This document shows, piece by piece, positions 39,495 to 51,376 of a stretch of DNA of 64,000 bases (positions within the stretch are counted from its first letter, which is position 1; every line of letters starts with the position of its first letter). Where the stretch lies: assembly GCA_043228905.1 (NCBI GenBank), contig JBHGNT010000008.1:1674001-1738000 (forward strand). Direction: 5' to 3'. The translations under genes were made by a program, and so were the position numbers. The stretch comes from Azolla caroliniana (lineage: Eukaryota > Plantae > Polypodiophyta). Under the pieces are notes generated by a model. That model was not told the DNA's origin. It saw nothing but the letters and a program-made list of their open reading frames with translations, and did not search any database.

Positions 39495-39630
39495 GATCTA
39501 GTTTTCACGCTGGATAAGCTCAACAAATTGTCTGCAAAGGACCTTGTGCTAGGGCTGGGCTGATCATGTCCTTGTTGTTGATGGCTATAGCATCCCTTAG
39601 AAGATTGCCATCCAGATCTCTGGGGATGAA
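39495..39630 (-). pseudogene. possible captured F-box gene fragment
   Basis: Reading through stops gives PEIWMAIF...[16 protein letters not shown], an F-box-like pattern. Confidence 0.4.
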
Positions 39631-42600
39631 GACGGTGTCTTCTTCGACTTCTTCGTCTTCTTCTTGGAAGACGCTACAACACTCGTGAGACACCGTGGAT
39701 GAGGCGTCAACAAGAGCACACATATATAAGACTCAGCCTGATGATCTGCAGGAAAGGGATGCAGATGAGTTATCACTCCCATGATTATGTTCCATTCCGG
39801 ATGCCTCCCCAAAAGGCATATGAGTGCAGCAAGCATTCCTCCAGTGGCAGCAACTATGGTCGCTGGACATTTCTACTATTGTCGCTCTTTCTTCCTGCTT
39901 CCCTCAACAAAACTAGGCTCCCGTAGCGGGGAGATCGGGAAGAGATGGAGGAGGAGAAGGAGAAGATCAGAAAAAAGGAAGAAAATGGAGGAAGAATCAT
40001 CCGTGCGAACAGGGAAGATTCCATCAAGAAGAAGTTCATGCCCAGATAACCGCGTAGTGAGCTAGCATCTGAGGGTTTCTTGTAGATGCCAAAGTCATCC
40101 TCTGACAGGTCGCTGCACTTGGGTTCTCTAAGAGAGTAGCAACAACAGGGGAAAAGGAAGTGGAAAGGAAGAAGGCCCAGCCTCTCCCGATCTCAGATCA
40201 TATTCATCGCCACGCTCGTGTCTCATGTATGTAAGGTCTGGCCGAGGAGGAGCAGGCAACATTATGGATGATACATTGTAACATTCCCTGTGGTGTGCTT
40301 ATGAATGAATTTGCATGAGGAATGAAGAGGTTCCTCTGAACAAGGTAGAGAAAGGAGAACACAGGAAGGCTCTCAACATAGAGACTACATGGACAAACGA
40401 CGATACTCTCTTCTGACACAGACACAAACAAACACACATAGAGATGGAGAGAGAGATTTGTGATGGAGAGGGGGAGTGAGACTTCTTCTCAAGGGAGGTC
40501 GTCCCAGCGGGGCGTGCCAAAAGTGCTGTTGGGGTGGGGGGTGAAGCTCAAAGGGGTTACAATAGGGAGAGAGCTAGAGAGAGAGACATAGAAACAACAC
40601 CAAAATGAGAGGGAAAAATGTATATATCATTACATGCCCATAAGGGGTTTATAAAATACATCCATTGTAATGGTTACATGACTGTTATAAATAAGACCGT
40701 TACGCATTCTTGCACACATGCACATAATTGTGCATGTGTCCATACACATACTCACACACTCATTTAGTTTACACATACACATCAACCACATCATTACACC
40801 TACCCTTATGCCTCCCTGTATATTCTTACAAGTAACACAAAGTTCCAAACTTCCTTCTCTTTCACTTGTGTCTTATAAATCTTTAAGTGAGCATTCTCGT
40901 TTATCAATTTATTCGTGTGTAATTGATCTTGCGCTTCAATTTTATTATTTTAATATTGACGCCACACAATTGCCACATTATGAAGGACAATTACTCGACT
41001 CTATTTTAGACGATTTTCAAGATGTGTTTCCTAACGATCTTTACCACCAAAACGTAATGTGGACCATCAGATTGAACTCATCCCCTGTGCTGCTCCTGTG
41101 AGCATTCCATCTTGTCGACTTAGTCGATTAAAAGAGGATGAGGTCGATTAGGTATAGTAAATCACCTTGGGTTGCGCCAATTTTGTTTGTTAAGAAGAAA
41201 GAAGGTTCATGATGAATGTGTATCAATTATCGTCGTTTGAATAAAATGACAATAAAAAATGCATGTTCGTTACCTCGTGCCGATGATTTGATTGATCATT
41301 TGCATGGGGCTAGATATTTTACGAAAATTGACTTACAAAAAGGTTATCATCAGATTCGCATTGCCGAAGATAATATTCTCTTCCTGGATTGCTCATGAAC
41401 CGGCTGACCACTCCGACTGCATATCTGATATCCGGTCGTGTGCACACCATTGCACACATCAAACTTCTGACAATAGAGGCATATGGTATCTTCATCATTT
41501 CCGACTTCTCTGCGTTTGTCTTCGGACTTCCGGACAACTTGCAATTTTCTGGAAGTATTGACCCGACCGGCTTAGCATTCGTCATGCTGAATCGTTGGAG
41601 CACCTTCATCACATACTTCTCTTGTGACAACCATAACTGCTTCTTCGTCCGGTCTTGGACTATGTGCATCCTCAAAATCTGTCTTGCCGGTTCCATATCT
41701 TTCATTGCAAAGGACCGGCTCAAGGCCTTCTTCAGCATTCCGATTTAGATACGGTCTCGTCCGACGATCAACATGTCATCCACGTACAATAGTAGTATCA
41801 GAAAATCCCCTCCGACAAACCTCTTCACAAATATGCAGTGGTTGGCTTGCGTCTTGTGGTATCCTTGGTCGGTCATGAAGGAGTCGAACTTCCGGTACCA
41901 TTGCCGAGGATCTTGCTTCACTCTGTGTAAGATCTTCTTCAACTGGCACACCAGGTGCTCCTTCCCTTTCTTGACAAACCCGTTTGGTTGTTGCATGTAG
42001 ATCTCTTCTTTGAGGTCACCATGTAGGAACGTCGTCTTGACAACTAGCCACTCGACCTCGAGGTCAACGCTTGCCGCAATGCTCAAACACAGTCCAGATG
42101 AATGTCATCTTTACTACCGGGGCAAAGATCTCATCGAAATTCACTCCTTTCTTCTATTGGAAGGCCTTCACCACAATTCAGGCCTTATACCTTGGTGGAT
42201 TTCCTGCGTCTCCTGGTTTCAACTTGTGCACCCATTTGTTCCGGAGCGCTCTCTTTCCTTTCGGCAGCTCCGTCAGTTCATATGTGTGGTTCTCATGTAG
42301 GGAATCCATCTCATCCTACATGGCACTTAACCACCTGCGGTTGTGAGTGTCTTTCTTTGCTTCTTCAAAGCTTCCTAGCTCCCCCTCTTTGGTTAGTAAA
42401 ACGTGCTCTGCATCCAGAAATCTCTGGGGGGCTTTCTCTCTCTAAGAGGATATCTTTGTCCTTGGTTTCCGACCACCAGTTCCTCTGCCTGTTCTTCATT
42501 TGAATTTGTTTCAGGGTCTTGACTGATTCCGGTGTCCAATTCTTCTCCTTCGGTTGGTTTGGTTCCTCATCCGAATCTAGCCGGTTCATCATGGTCCTCG

Positions 42601-44420
42601 TCTGACATCCAGCTTCCGACGGGATGTGTCCTAGCATCATCCAACTGATCTCTGTTGGTTGACCTGGAGTGCACTATCTTCTTCTTCGACTCTCAATCGG
42701 CAATGATGTTGTTTTTCATGAAGACTATGTCTCGACTCTGGAAAACCTTCTTGTCAACCATGCCCCAAACCCGGGAGCCGAACTCATCATCGTCGTATCC
42801 AAGGAATATGCATGGTCCGGACTTTAGATTCAATTTCGTTGTCCTTTGCTACATGTACGTAGGCAAGACAACCGAACACCTTCAGATGCCGATAAGACAC
42901 ATCTTTACCGGTCCATACTCTCTATGGTGTGTCTCTGTCCAAGGGCGCTGATGGTGAGTTATTTATTACATATGTCGTTGTCATCAGTGCCTCAGCCCAA
43001 AACATCTTGGATAGCTTGGCATGTGCAAGCATAGTTTGGACTCTCTCCATTACAATCTGCTCATCCTTTCAGCCAATCCGTTCAGCTCCAGTGTCTTCAG
43101 CATAGTAAATTCGAGCCGTATTCCTTTTGACCGACAATACTCCTCAAACTACCCCCAGTATTCTCTTGTGTTGTTCACTTGAACCACCTTCAACTTCCGA
43201 CCTGTTTCTCTTTCCACTCTCACGTGGAACTCCTTGAAGCCGAATAATACCTAGTCCTTCATCTCGGTGAGACCCATAGCTTCCAACTGTGGTCATCTAT
43301 GAATGTCATGAAGTACTCTGATCTGGTATGTGACTTCATGTCCACTTGGCATACATCGGTATGCACAAGCTCTAGCAGTGCGTTCTGTTTTATCGGTGAT
43401 CTTGTCCGGAAAGAGGTATGGTTTTGCTTGCTGGCCATGCAGTCGATGCACTTCTCAAGCTGCACGTTTTTCACCTCCGAAATGAGGTTTTCCTCAGCAA
43501 GTTTACGCATCCCTTTCTGGCTCATGTGGCACAACCTCTTGTGCCACAACTGAGCGGCATTGTCGGATGCCACGTTCACGTCTTCCCGGCATATCCGGGC
43601 ATGCATCAGGTATAGTGTGTTGATCTTCTAGGCTCGAGCCACGATCAGGCTTCTTTTGCAAAACTTCATGAGTCCGTTCCGGATGCTACCCATGTAGCCT
43701 TCATCATCTAGCCGACCAGTTGATATCAGGCTCAACCGAACCTCCGGAACGTATCATACATATTTTAGTAGTAACTTGCACCCGATTGATGTTTTCAAAC
43801 ACACATCTCCTATGCCGACAATTCGGCATGCACCTTCATTTCCCATCCGGACACAACCGTGATCTCCAGCTCTGTACGATTAGAAGCATTTTTGGTCGGG
43901 GGTAAGATGGAACGACGCTCCAGAGTCAACCACCCATGTCGTCTCATTGCTAAGAAGATGCAACTCATTTTACTTAGTGATGAGCAACGGTTCTTCTTCA
44001 CTTGTCATGATTGCTGTTGTTCCTTTCCGATTTGAACTTCTCCGGTCTAGACCCTTCTTCGAGTCGGCATTTTCGGTTCCTTTCTCCTTTCGGAAGTGTC
44101 GTCAATTCTTCTGGAAGTGCCCTAGCTTCCCACAATAAAAGCAAGTGGGCCTTCCCCTGGACTTTGACCTCGTCCTTGATTTTTCCCGGTTTCGGGGACT
44201 CCAATTCTGGCCTCTTCCCCGTTTTTTGTTGTCTTCCATAACCAAGGCCTTCGGATCAGTTCTGGACTCCTAGTCCTTGTAGCGAGCTTCTTCATCCAAC
44301 AAACTTGATTTTACCCTTGTTAGGGATAGGTGTTTACATTCCAGCCCGACGTTGCCCAAGGTGACAACCAATGTCTCCCAACTATATGGGAGGGAACCGA
44401 GTAGCAGCAACGCGAGTACC

Positions 44421-44680
44421 TGTTTGGTTAGAGGCACTTCCAACGAGGTTGTTTGGTTTATTAGCCCCTAGAAATCATTCACGTTGTCATGAAGATTTCC
44501 GGCTATAGTGTGAAACCGGGGTGGAATGGGCAAATCGGTGGTGTGCAACATGTTTGGTTAGAGGCACTTCCAACGAGGTTGTTTGGTTTATTAGCCCCTA
44601 GAAATCATTCACGTTGTCATGAAGATTTCCGGCTATAGTGTGAAACCGGGGTGGAATGGGAAAATTGGTGGTGTGCAACA
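44421..44680. repeat. 130-bp tandem duplication spanning the gag/solo-LTR junction
   Basis: TGTTTGGTTAGAGGCAC...GTGTGCAACA at 44421-44550 and 44551-44680, with two visible mismatches. Confidence 0.92.
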
Positions 44681-45140
44681 TGTGCATGTGTATACTAGGA
44701 AATGGTGTGTAGAAAGAAGAGGGGAAATTTTATCCCATATTGTAAGGTCCCTCCCTCCTTGGGCTATAAAAGGAAGGGAGGGGTCACTTATGAAGGGTTG
44801 CCTATTTTGCGTATGAAAGGTATACCCCTTAGTGTAGAGTTCTTACCGTTTTAGGGTTAGGGTTTCGTGTAGGGTCTCCTTGTTCATCCCCGGTTAGGGT
44901 TTTCTCATAGTTTTGGTGTGGTCCATGCGGCCACCATCGTTGTAATCAATCGTTCATTTTAATATATCTTGTTGTGGATCTTGCTTCCATCTATTTTGGT
45001 CTATGCTTATGTGCTACTCTTCATCTTCTCATCCGGTGTTAAGCTTCCATTTCTCATATCTTATTCTTTCTCCTCTACTCCCTAGTCCAAGACCCCCGTG
45101 GTCCCGCCCCTTCTACATGCACACGCATAACAACGCGACA
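44615..45140 (+). mobile_element. solo LTR (gypsy-type TGTC...CGACA group) in the C5 gag
   Basis: TGTCATGAAG...CGCGACA with a 4-bp TSD ACGT (44611-44614 / 45141-45144); TATA-like CTATAAAAGG. Confidence 0.85.
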
Positions 45141-46078
45141 ACGTGCTTGGACATACTGGAGCCGTCTTGATATCTGAGTCTCACTAACTTTCGGAAGACT
45201 GAGACTCGAGTTACAACATTCTTGTTCTCAAACTTGAGGCCTATCTTCTTCCGAAGTTCACGAGCCTTAGTCTCTTCATTGAAATTGTTGTACATGCTTA
45301 TGTCGATGAAGCATCGAATATAGGCTATCGTCTTCATGTGCATCACTTCCTAGGTCACGACATCGATCTTGTCTGGTTTTTTGGTCCCGAACTAACTGAC
45401 ATCCTGAGATTTTTAACCACAAGCGTGTCCATCATCTTCGACTTCCACACTGAGCAATTGGAGCCGGTGAGCTTGAAGATGTTGCTGAATGGATCTTCCA
45501 TGCTCTGATACCAGCTTGTGCGGAATTGTGCTCGGCCACAATCGAGTCTCACTCGCTCAATGGAAAAAAATAGAAAAATAGAAAAAAGACGACATAGAGT
45601 ATTAACGTGGAAAACTTAAAAGGCAAAACCACGGAAGTCCTCGGAACTCCGAATAGGATCACTATAGAGAAGAGGTACAACAATGTGAAACTCAAAGGCA
45701 ACGACCTTGAGCTCTACCTTCACCAATCGGCAGTTACAATAGAAAAACTTTCTGTATCTCTCTTTGTCTCTCTCTCTCTCTATACAACGATACAACATAG
45801 CAACTACAATAATAATCACACCATAATAGTATTGCCCTAGTTATATTTATACTTATATAACTTTGGGGCTATTTACAAATATGACCTCATGGTCATGTTT
45901 GAACATATTTACTAATATGTTCTTATTTGCTGGTTCATACTGGATCTGGCCGGTCTCCTTTTGGATCCATCCGATCCGGTATCCGTATACCTTTTGAACC
46001 CATTTGGTTTGGTTCCTTCCTTCGGCTCGTCTGATCTGGCTCATCCAGATTCCATCCGGAGGGACCTGTTTCCCAACA

Positions 46079-49000
46079 GTAAGCACATTCATGGGGTATG
46101 TGAACCAACTTGTGGCAACCAAGTTTCCCCTTGAGGATAATGCAAGCCATCCTACTATTGTGTACCCTGCCGAACACCTGGGAGAATCTAGTGGTGACTC
46201 TTAGCACCTCGTGTCAAGAAGAGAACTTGTCTCTTCAAGTGGTAAAGAGAAGCATCTTGAACAAGTAGACAAGAAGGAAGGACAAGAGTATCCTATCCAA
46301 GTCAGAGTCAAATCTGACTCAACATACCGATAGAGGAAGGAACAGACAACGATGTCCACAAAGAAGGGACAAGTCCCAAGTGAGGTCCAAGTTCAGAGGC
46401 AAACTAACATGTTTTTATTGTGGAAAGCCTGGACACCTCAAGAAGGACAAGAGTGTCGATAATAATTTCGAACCCATGAAGATTCTTGATGAAAAGGGCA
46501 CATCAGCCGTAACTACGAGTGTAGAGGAGATCCTGTTCATTTGTGAGGAGGCAAGCACAAATCTTGCAAGTGAAGAGTGCACCTGGGTAATCGACTCGGG
46601 TGATTCATTCCATATAATTCCTTCGAGAGAGTGTTTCTAGACTTACATAGTTGGGGATCATGGCTATGTAAAGATGGGAGATAATGGAGACTGCAAGATA
46701 GTTGGCATAGGAAGTGTAAGCCCGGTGACGTCGACAGGTTGTCGACTGATCATTCGACATGTCCCCGATATTAAATTGAATCTTATATCGACTGGAAGGT
46801 TGGATGATGAAGGCTACAATGGTAGCTTACGAAACACCAAGTTTAAGTTATGCCATGTAAAGCTCATAGAGGCTTGAGCATAGAAAGAGGGCACTCGGTA
46901 TATGATGCATGCCCAACTGTGCAAGTCAGAGCAAATGTGGCAGCCCACTTGAGTGGAGAGTTATGGGATAAGAGGCTATGGCACATGAGTGAAAAAGGAA
47001 TGTGCATCCTGGCTGACCAAGAACTTCTCCAATAAGTGAAAGGAGTACACTTGGAGAAGTGTGTCGATTTCATAGTCGGAAACCAGAACAAAGCAACATT
47101 CCACACAAGACCACAAAGAAGAAGAGAAGATGCCCTGGAAGTAGTGCACACATATGTGTGCTATGTTGATGCTCCATCACAATGAGGTGGATAGTACTTC
47201 GTAACATTTATTGACGACTATAGTCGGAAGACATGGGCCTTTGTTCTAAATTCGAAGGATCAAGTACTGTCAATGTCCAAGGAATTCCAGGCAAGAACTG
47301 AACAAGAGTTGGTTCGGAGGTTGAAGGTTGTCCGAACCGACAAAGGTGGCGAATATAGAGGGTAGTTTGAAGAATACTACAAGGCTCAAGGTATTCAAAT
47401 TGAATACACAGTCCCAAAGACCCCTGAGCTGAACGGTCTTGTAGAGAGGATGAATCGAACAATTATGGAGAGAGTAAGGAGCGTGTTGTCGCATGCTACG
47501 ATACCAAAATCGTACTGGGCTGAGGCGATGTACATAGTTGCTTATCTAATCAACAACTCTCCCTTAGTGACATTGAAAGGTGATGTCCTACATAGAGTGT
47601 GGACAGGAAATGATGTTTCCTACTGACACCTAAGGGTGTTTGGATGTTTAGTGTATATGCACGTGGATAAGGATCAAAGGTTGAAGCTCGATTGTAAGTC
47701 GAAACCATGCATATTCATGGGATACTAAAAGGATGGTTCGGGTACTAGTTGTGGGACTTAGTTGACAAGAAGGTAGTGAGGAGTCAAGATGTAGTCTTCA
47801 TGGAAGACAAGACAATAGAGGACTGGAAGCAACCAAAGTTGGAATCGACTTCCCAGTCGACTCCAACTACCACCGACTTAAGACTAGTCGAACTAACACA
47901 GTCGGTTGTTTGGAGATAGCTAGTCGGTACAGCCGAATCTCAGTCCATCGACTCGAAGCAACTGACAAATATAGACGAGTCAGAGTCAACGGACCTATTG
48001 AAGTTGATCAAGGACTACGAGTCAAAATCGGCTAACCCTCAACGACAGATCGACACATATGAACCCGAGCCTAGAGAAGAGTTGGCAGAGACATCCGAAC
48101 TAGTGCTGACAAGGGGTGGAAGAAGATACCCTCTCTAAGAAAGAAGAGCACCGACTACATATGGTAGTCAGTACATCCTCTTGACTGATCAAGGTGAACT
48201 TGAGTGCTATGAAGAAGCCATAGCCGATGAGCACAAAGAAAAATGTCTGAGTGCAATGCACGATGAGATGGACTCCTTGCATGAGAATTACACCTACGAC
48301 CTGGTGGAGCTACCGAAATGTACGAGAGCACTCAGAAATAAATAGGTATACAAAGTGACGATTGGAGAAGTCGACAACACACCCAGATATAAAGCCCACA
48401 TTGTGGTGAACCGGTTCCAATAGAAAAAGGGTGTCGACTTTGACGAAATATTCGCACCAGTCGTGAAGATGACATCAATTCGAACTGCTTTGAGCATAGC
48501 TGCCAGTATGGATTTGGAGGTCGAACAGTTAGATGTCAAAACAACATTCTTGCACGGGGAGCTGGATGAAGAGATCTACATATAGCAGCCCAATGGCTTT
48601 GAGGAGAAAGGGAAAGAGAACTTGGTGTGTCGACTAAAGAAAAACTTGTATGGGTTGAAACAACCTCCACGCCAATGGTACAAGAAGTTCGAGTCCTTCA
48701 TGTTGGAACATAGGTTCCAAAAAACACACGTTTATCACTGTGTTCGTAATGAGGCACGATGAACGAGATAGTGAGCTTAAAGAAAGCTCTAGGCAAGTCA
48801 TTTTCCATGAAAGATCTTGGACCTGTTAGACATATTTTAGGAATGCACATAGTTCGGGACAAAACTTAGAAAGTGTTGTGGTTGTCACAAGAGAAGTATG
48901 TGACAAAGATCCTAGAAAAATTCAACATATTGGAAGCAAAGCCAGTCGGCTCTGTGTTGCCGACAAATTGCAAGATGAATGCAAAGCAATGCTAGAGAGG

Positions 49001-50390
49001 GGAGAAAGAAAAGGTTGAGATGAGGAAAGTACCATATGCCTCAGCCAACGACAATCTAATGTATGCTATGGTCTGTACGAGACCAGACATAGCCTTTGTT
49101 GTGGGGGCAATAAGCCGATATATGAGTAATCTAGCCAGAGAAAATTGGGCAATGGTGAAGTGGAGACTCAAATTGATCTACTTCAGGGTACGTGATGACC
49201 TGTGTAAGGGGAACAGTGTCGTGGTAGTGTTGACTACAGAAGTTTGTGGCCTTGTCGACTACAGAGGTAGACTATATGACCGTTGTAGAGACCGCCAAAG
49301 AGCTGATTTGATGAGAAGTTTTCTTAGTGAGCTGGGAATCAAGCAAAGGGATTTATTGCTTCATTGCGACAGCCAGAGCGCCATACATCTAGCCAAAAAT
49401 GTTGCGTACCATTCCCATACCAAACATATATAGAGGAGGTATCACTGGTTGCGGGAGAAGGTAGAAGAAGGAGAGTATACCCTTGTGAAGATCCATACGG
49501 ATGACAATGGATTTGACATGCTGACGAAAAACCTAGTGATGAACAAACTCAGAGTCTGTCGATAGAGGACAAGGCTAATCGACTCCACCCATAGGAGTGA
49601 AGGGGGAGTTTGTTAGGAATATGTCCCTCCTATGGGAGGAGCCCACTGGTCGGACTAAGAGCCGACAGTTGAAGACAAGTGGTAGCCGACTGGTTGGGTT
49701 AAGGGCTGACATTCGAAGATAAGGAGTAATTGACTGGACGGGCTGAGACCGACATTCAAAGACAAGGAGTAACAGACTGGTCGAGCTGAGAGCCGACAGT
49801 CGAAGACAAGGAGAGTCGACTGGGTGAGTCAACTAAGAGAGAGTCGACATGAAGAGTCGACAACAGATGATCCAAGTCGAAGACAAGACCGACTAGTCGG
49901 GCTGACCGGAGAGTCAACCACAAGGCCAACTAGTCAGGCGAACTGGACAATCGGCACAGGAGTTGGCTAGTCAAATTGACTAGTCGATCAGTCTGCTGAT
50001 TATCGATTGTTAGCGTTATTAGCAGAAAATAATAATACTAGACATATTTGTAAATAACCCATAGTGTGTATAAGTATAAATACACCTAGGGCAAACATTA
50101 GGTGAGAGAGAGAGGAGAATAGTGTAGAACACAACAAAGCGTTGTGTAGAGAGTGTGTGAGAGAGAGTAGCGGTAGAGTTTGCGAACCTGCCAAGAACCC
50201 TGAGTGGGTTATCCTCTCAAATCATCAGAGAAGATGTGTAACCATTTTTGTATTCTCTTGTATAGTGGAATCTTTGTTCCCATGGTTTTCCTTCTTTAGG
50301 ATTTCCACGTAAAACTCAATGCGTCTCTATGCACTTGGCATTCTGTCTGTACATTTCAGCGTATCTTGTTTGTAGATCTACGATCCCATC
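46079..50390 (+). mobile_element. 3' part of copia element C6 (rest of gag, pol, 3' LTR), heavily degenerate
   Basis: STFMGYVNQL, CFYCGKPGH, WVIDSG, then integrase, RT and RNase H fragments. PPT AAGGGGGAGTT ending at 49610; LTR 49611-~50390 lacks its last few bases. Confidence 0.88.
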
Positions 50391-51364
50391 TCAATCGAAA
50401 GAAGTTTCACTTTCTTTCTTGGACTCAATAGTCAATTGTTGGAATTTCTTTTCCAAAGCCATATTGCCTTGCCTCATTTCGGCCAAATTGATTCAAGGTA
50501 GTTCTGAGCAATTGCTCAATAGTGATCTCAGTTTGTGTGCGAGATGCGAATTGGAGTTGAAAGGTCTCGATCGGAGCTATTGCTCCAACAGTGTTCAAAA
50601 CTTGTCCCATGATGCAAGTTGTGTGTACGCAATATAATACGGAGGTTAAGAAAATACGCAAACAAAATGAATGCTTGAAATTTTGATGGGAAGAACTTTA
50701 TCCAAGAAAGCATCTCGCGTCTTTATCGGTCTAGACATAGGAGATATAATTCAAGATTCGATAACTATGGTAACACTATGGTGATTTAAAAAACATGGAG
50801 GAAAACATGGCTAAGATGTCTTTCTCAGATCTCTATCTTGAATAATCATAGTGGCTCACAAAGGCTCCACCATGGTTCTACCATCAATGTAATTTCCTAG
50901 TTAGCCTTATATTAAAATGCCAACCCAACATGTATTGATATGGTCGAGAAAGTGTATTATGTGCAAAAACAAGTGCACTCGCAAGTAATATTCTAGTCTT
51001 GCGAGTAGCAAGATGTTATGAAAAAAAAGTTAAAAATAAGTCACTACCTATAAGAGTCAAGAGGTGACGAAATCAAGGTTCAAAGAACCATGTGTTACCT
51101 ACTAAAAAAAATGCCACAAAAAAATGGAAGGTGCGAGGTATGCATATATCCATACCATATATGGTGATTGTAATTTGCACAATTGGGACATAAGCCACAC
51201 ATTGATACAAATGGTGGTGGTGTTGTGCGCAAAGATGTCGCAAAGAAGAATACCAGGTTTAGAATGTTGTTTTGATCTTGAGAAGAGCATGACGAGCCTT
51301 GTTAGATCACCATTGCTCACACGCAAAAGAACATAAGAAAAACAACAAAAAATTGTTATTAAAT

Positions 51365-51376
51365 GCTTTGATACCA
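51365..51376 (-). promoter_or_regulatory. tRNA-Met PBS next to an LTR end at 51378 (candidate 5' end of gypsy G1)
   Basis: GCTTTGATACCA-C-TGTTAAG on + reads ...CTTAACA-G-TGGTATCAAAGC on -. The partner LTR was not found. Confidence 0.55.

Larger units (their letters stand above)
38171..40837 (-). mobile_element. non-autonomous LTR element, copy B (dual PBS, gene-fragment cargo)
   Basis: Direct LTRs 38171-38510 and 40524-40837, homologous to copy A; TSD CAATG/CAAAG. PBS TGGCACGCCCCGCTGGGAC at 40501-40519 (-) and an inverted PBS TGGCACGCCTGTGGGAC at 38513-38529 (+). Confidence 0.9.
37222..41376 (+). pseudogene. gypsy G1 gag, protease and RT N-terminus (inverted part), interrupted by element B
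   Basis: gag AINIWLGRWESHF...ADAWW, zinc knuckle CVYCKKQGHTKDSC (~37830), protease FLFNSGSSHGF, and RT SPWVAPILFVKKK, CINYRRLNK, FTKIDLQKGYHQIRI. Confidence 0.85.
41377..46078 (-). mobile_element. 5' part of copia element C5 (5' LTR, gag, protease, integrase, most of RT), degenerate
   Basis: LTR 45517-46078; PBS 45502-45513 (-); gag-pol fragments run down to ...VSRFMSNPGRE at ~41377. Flank GTAAG 46079-46083. Confidence 0.88.
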
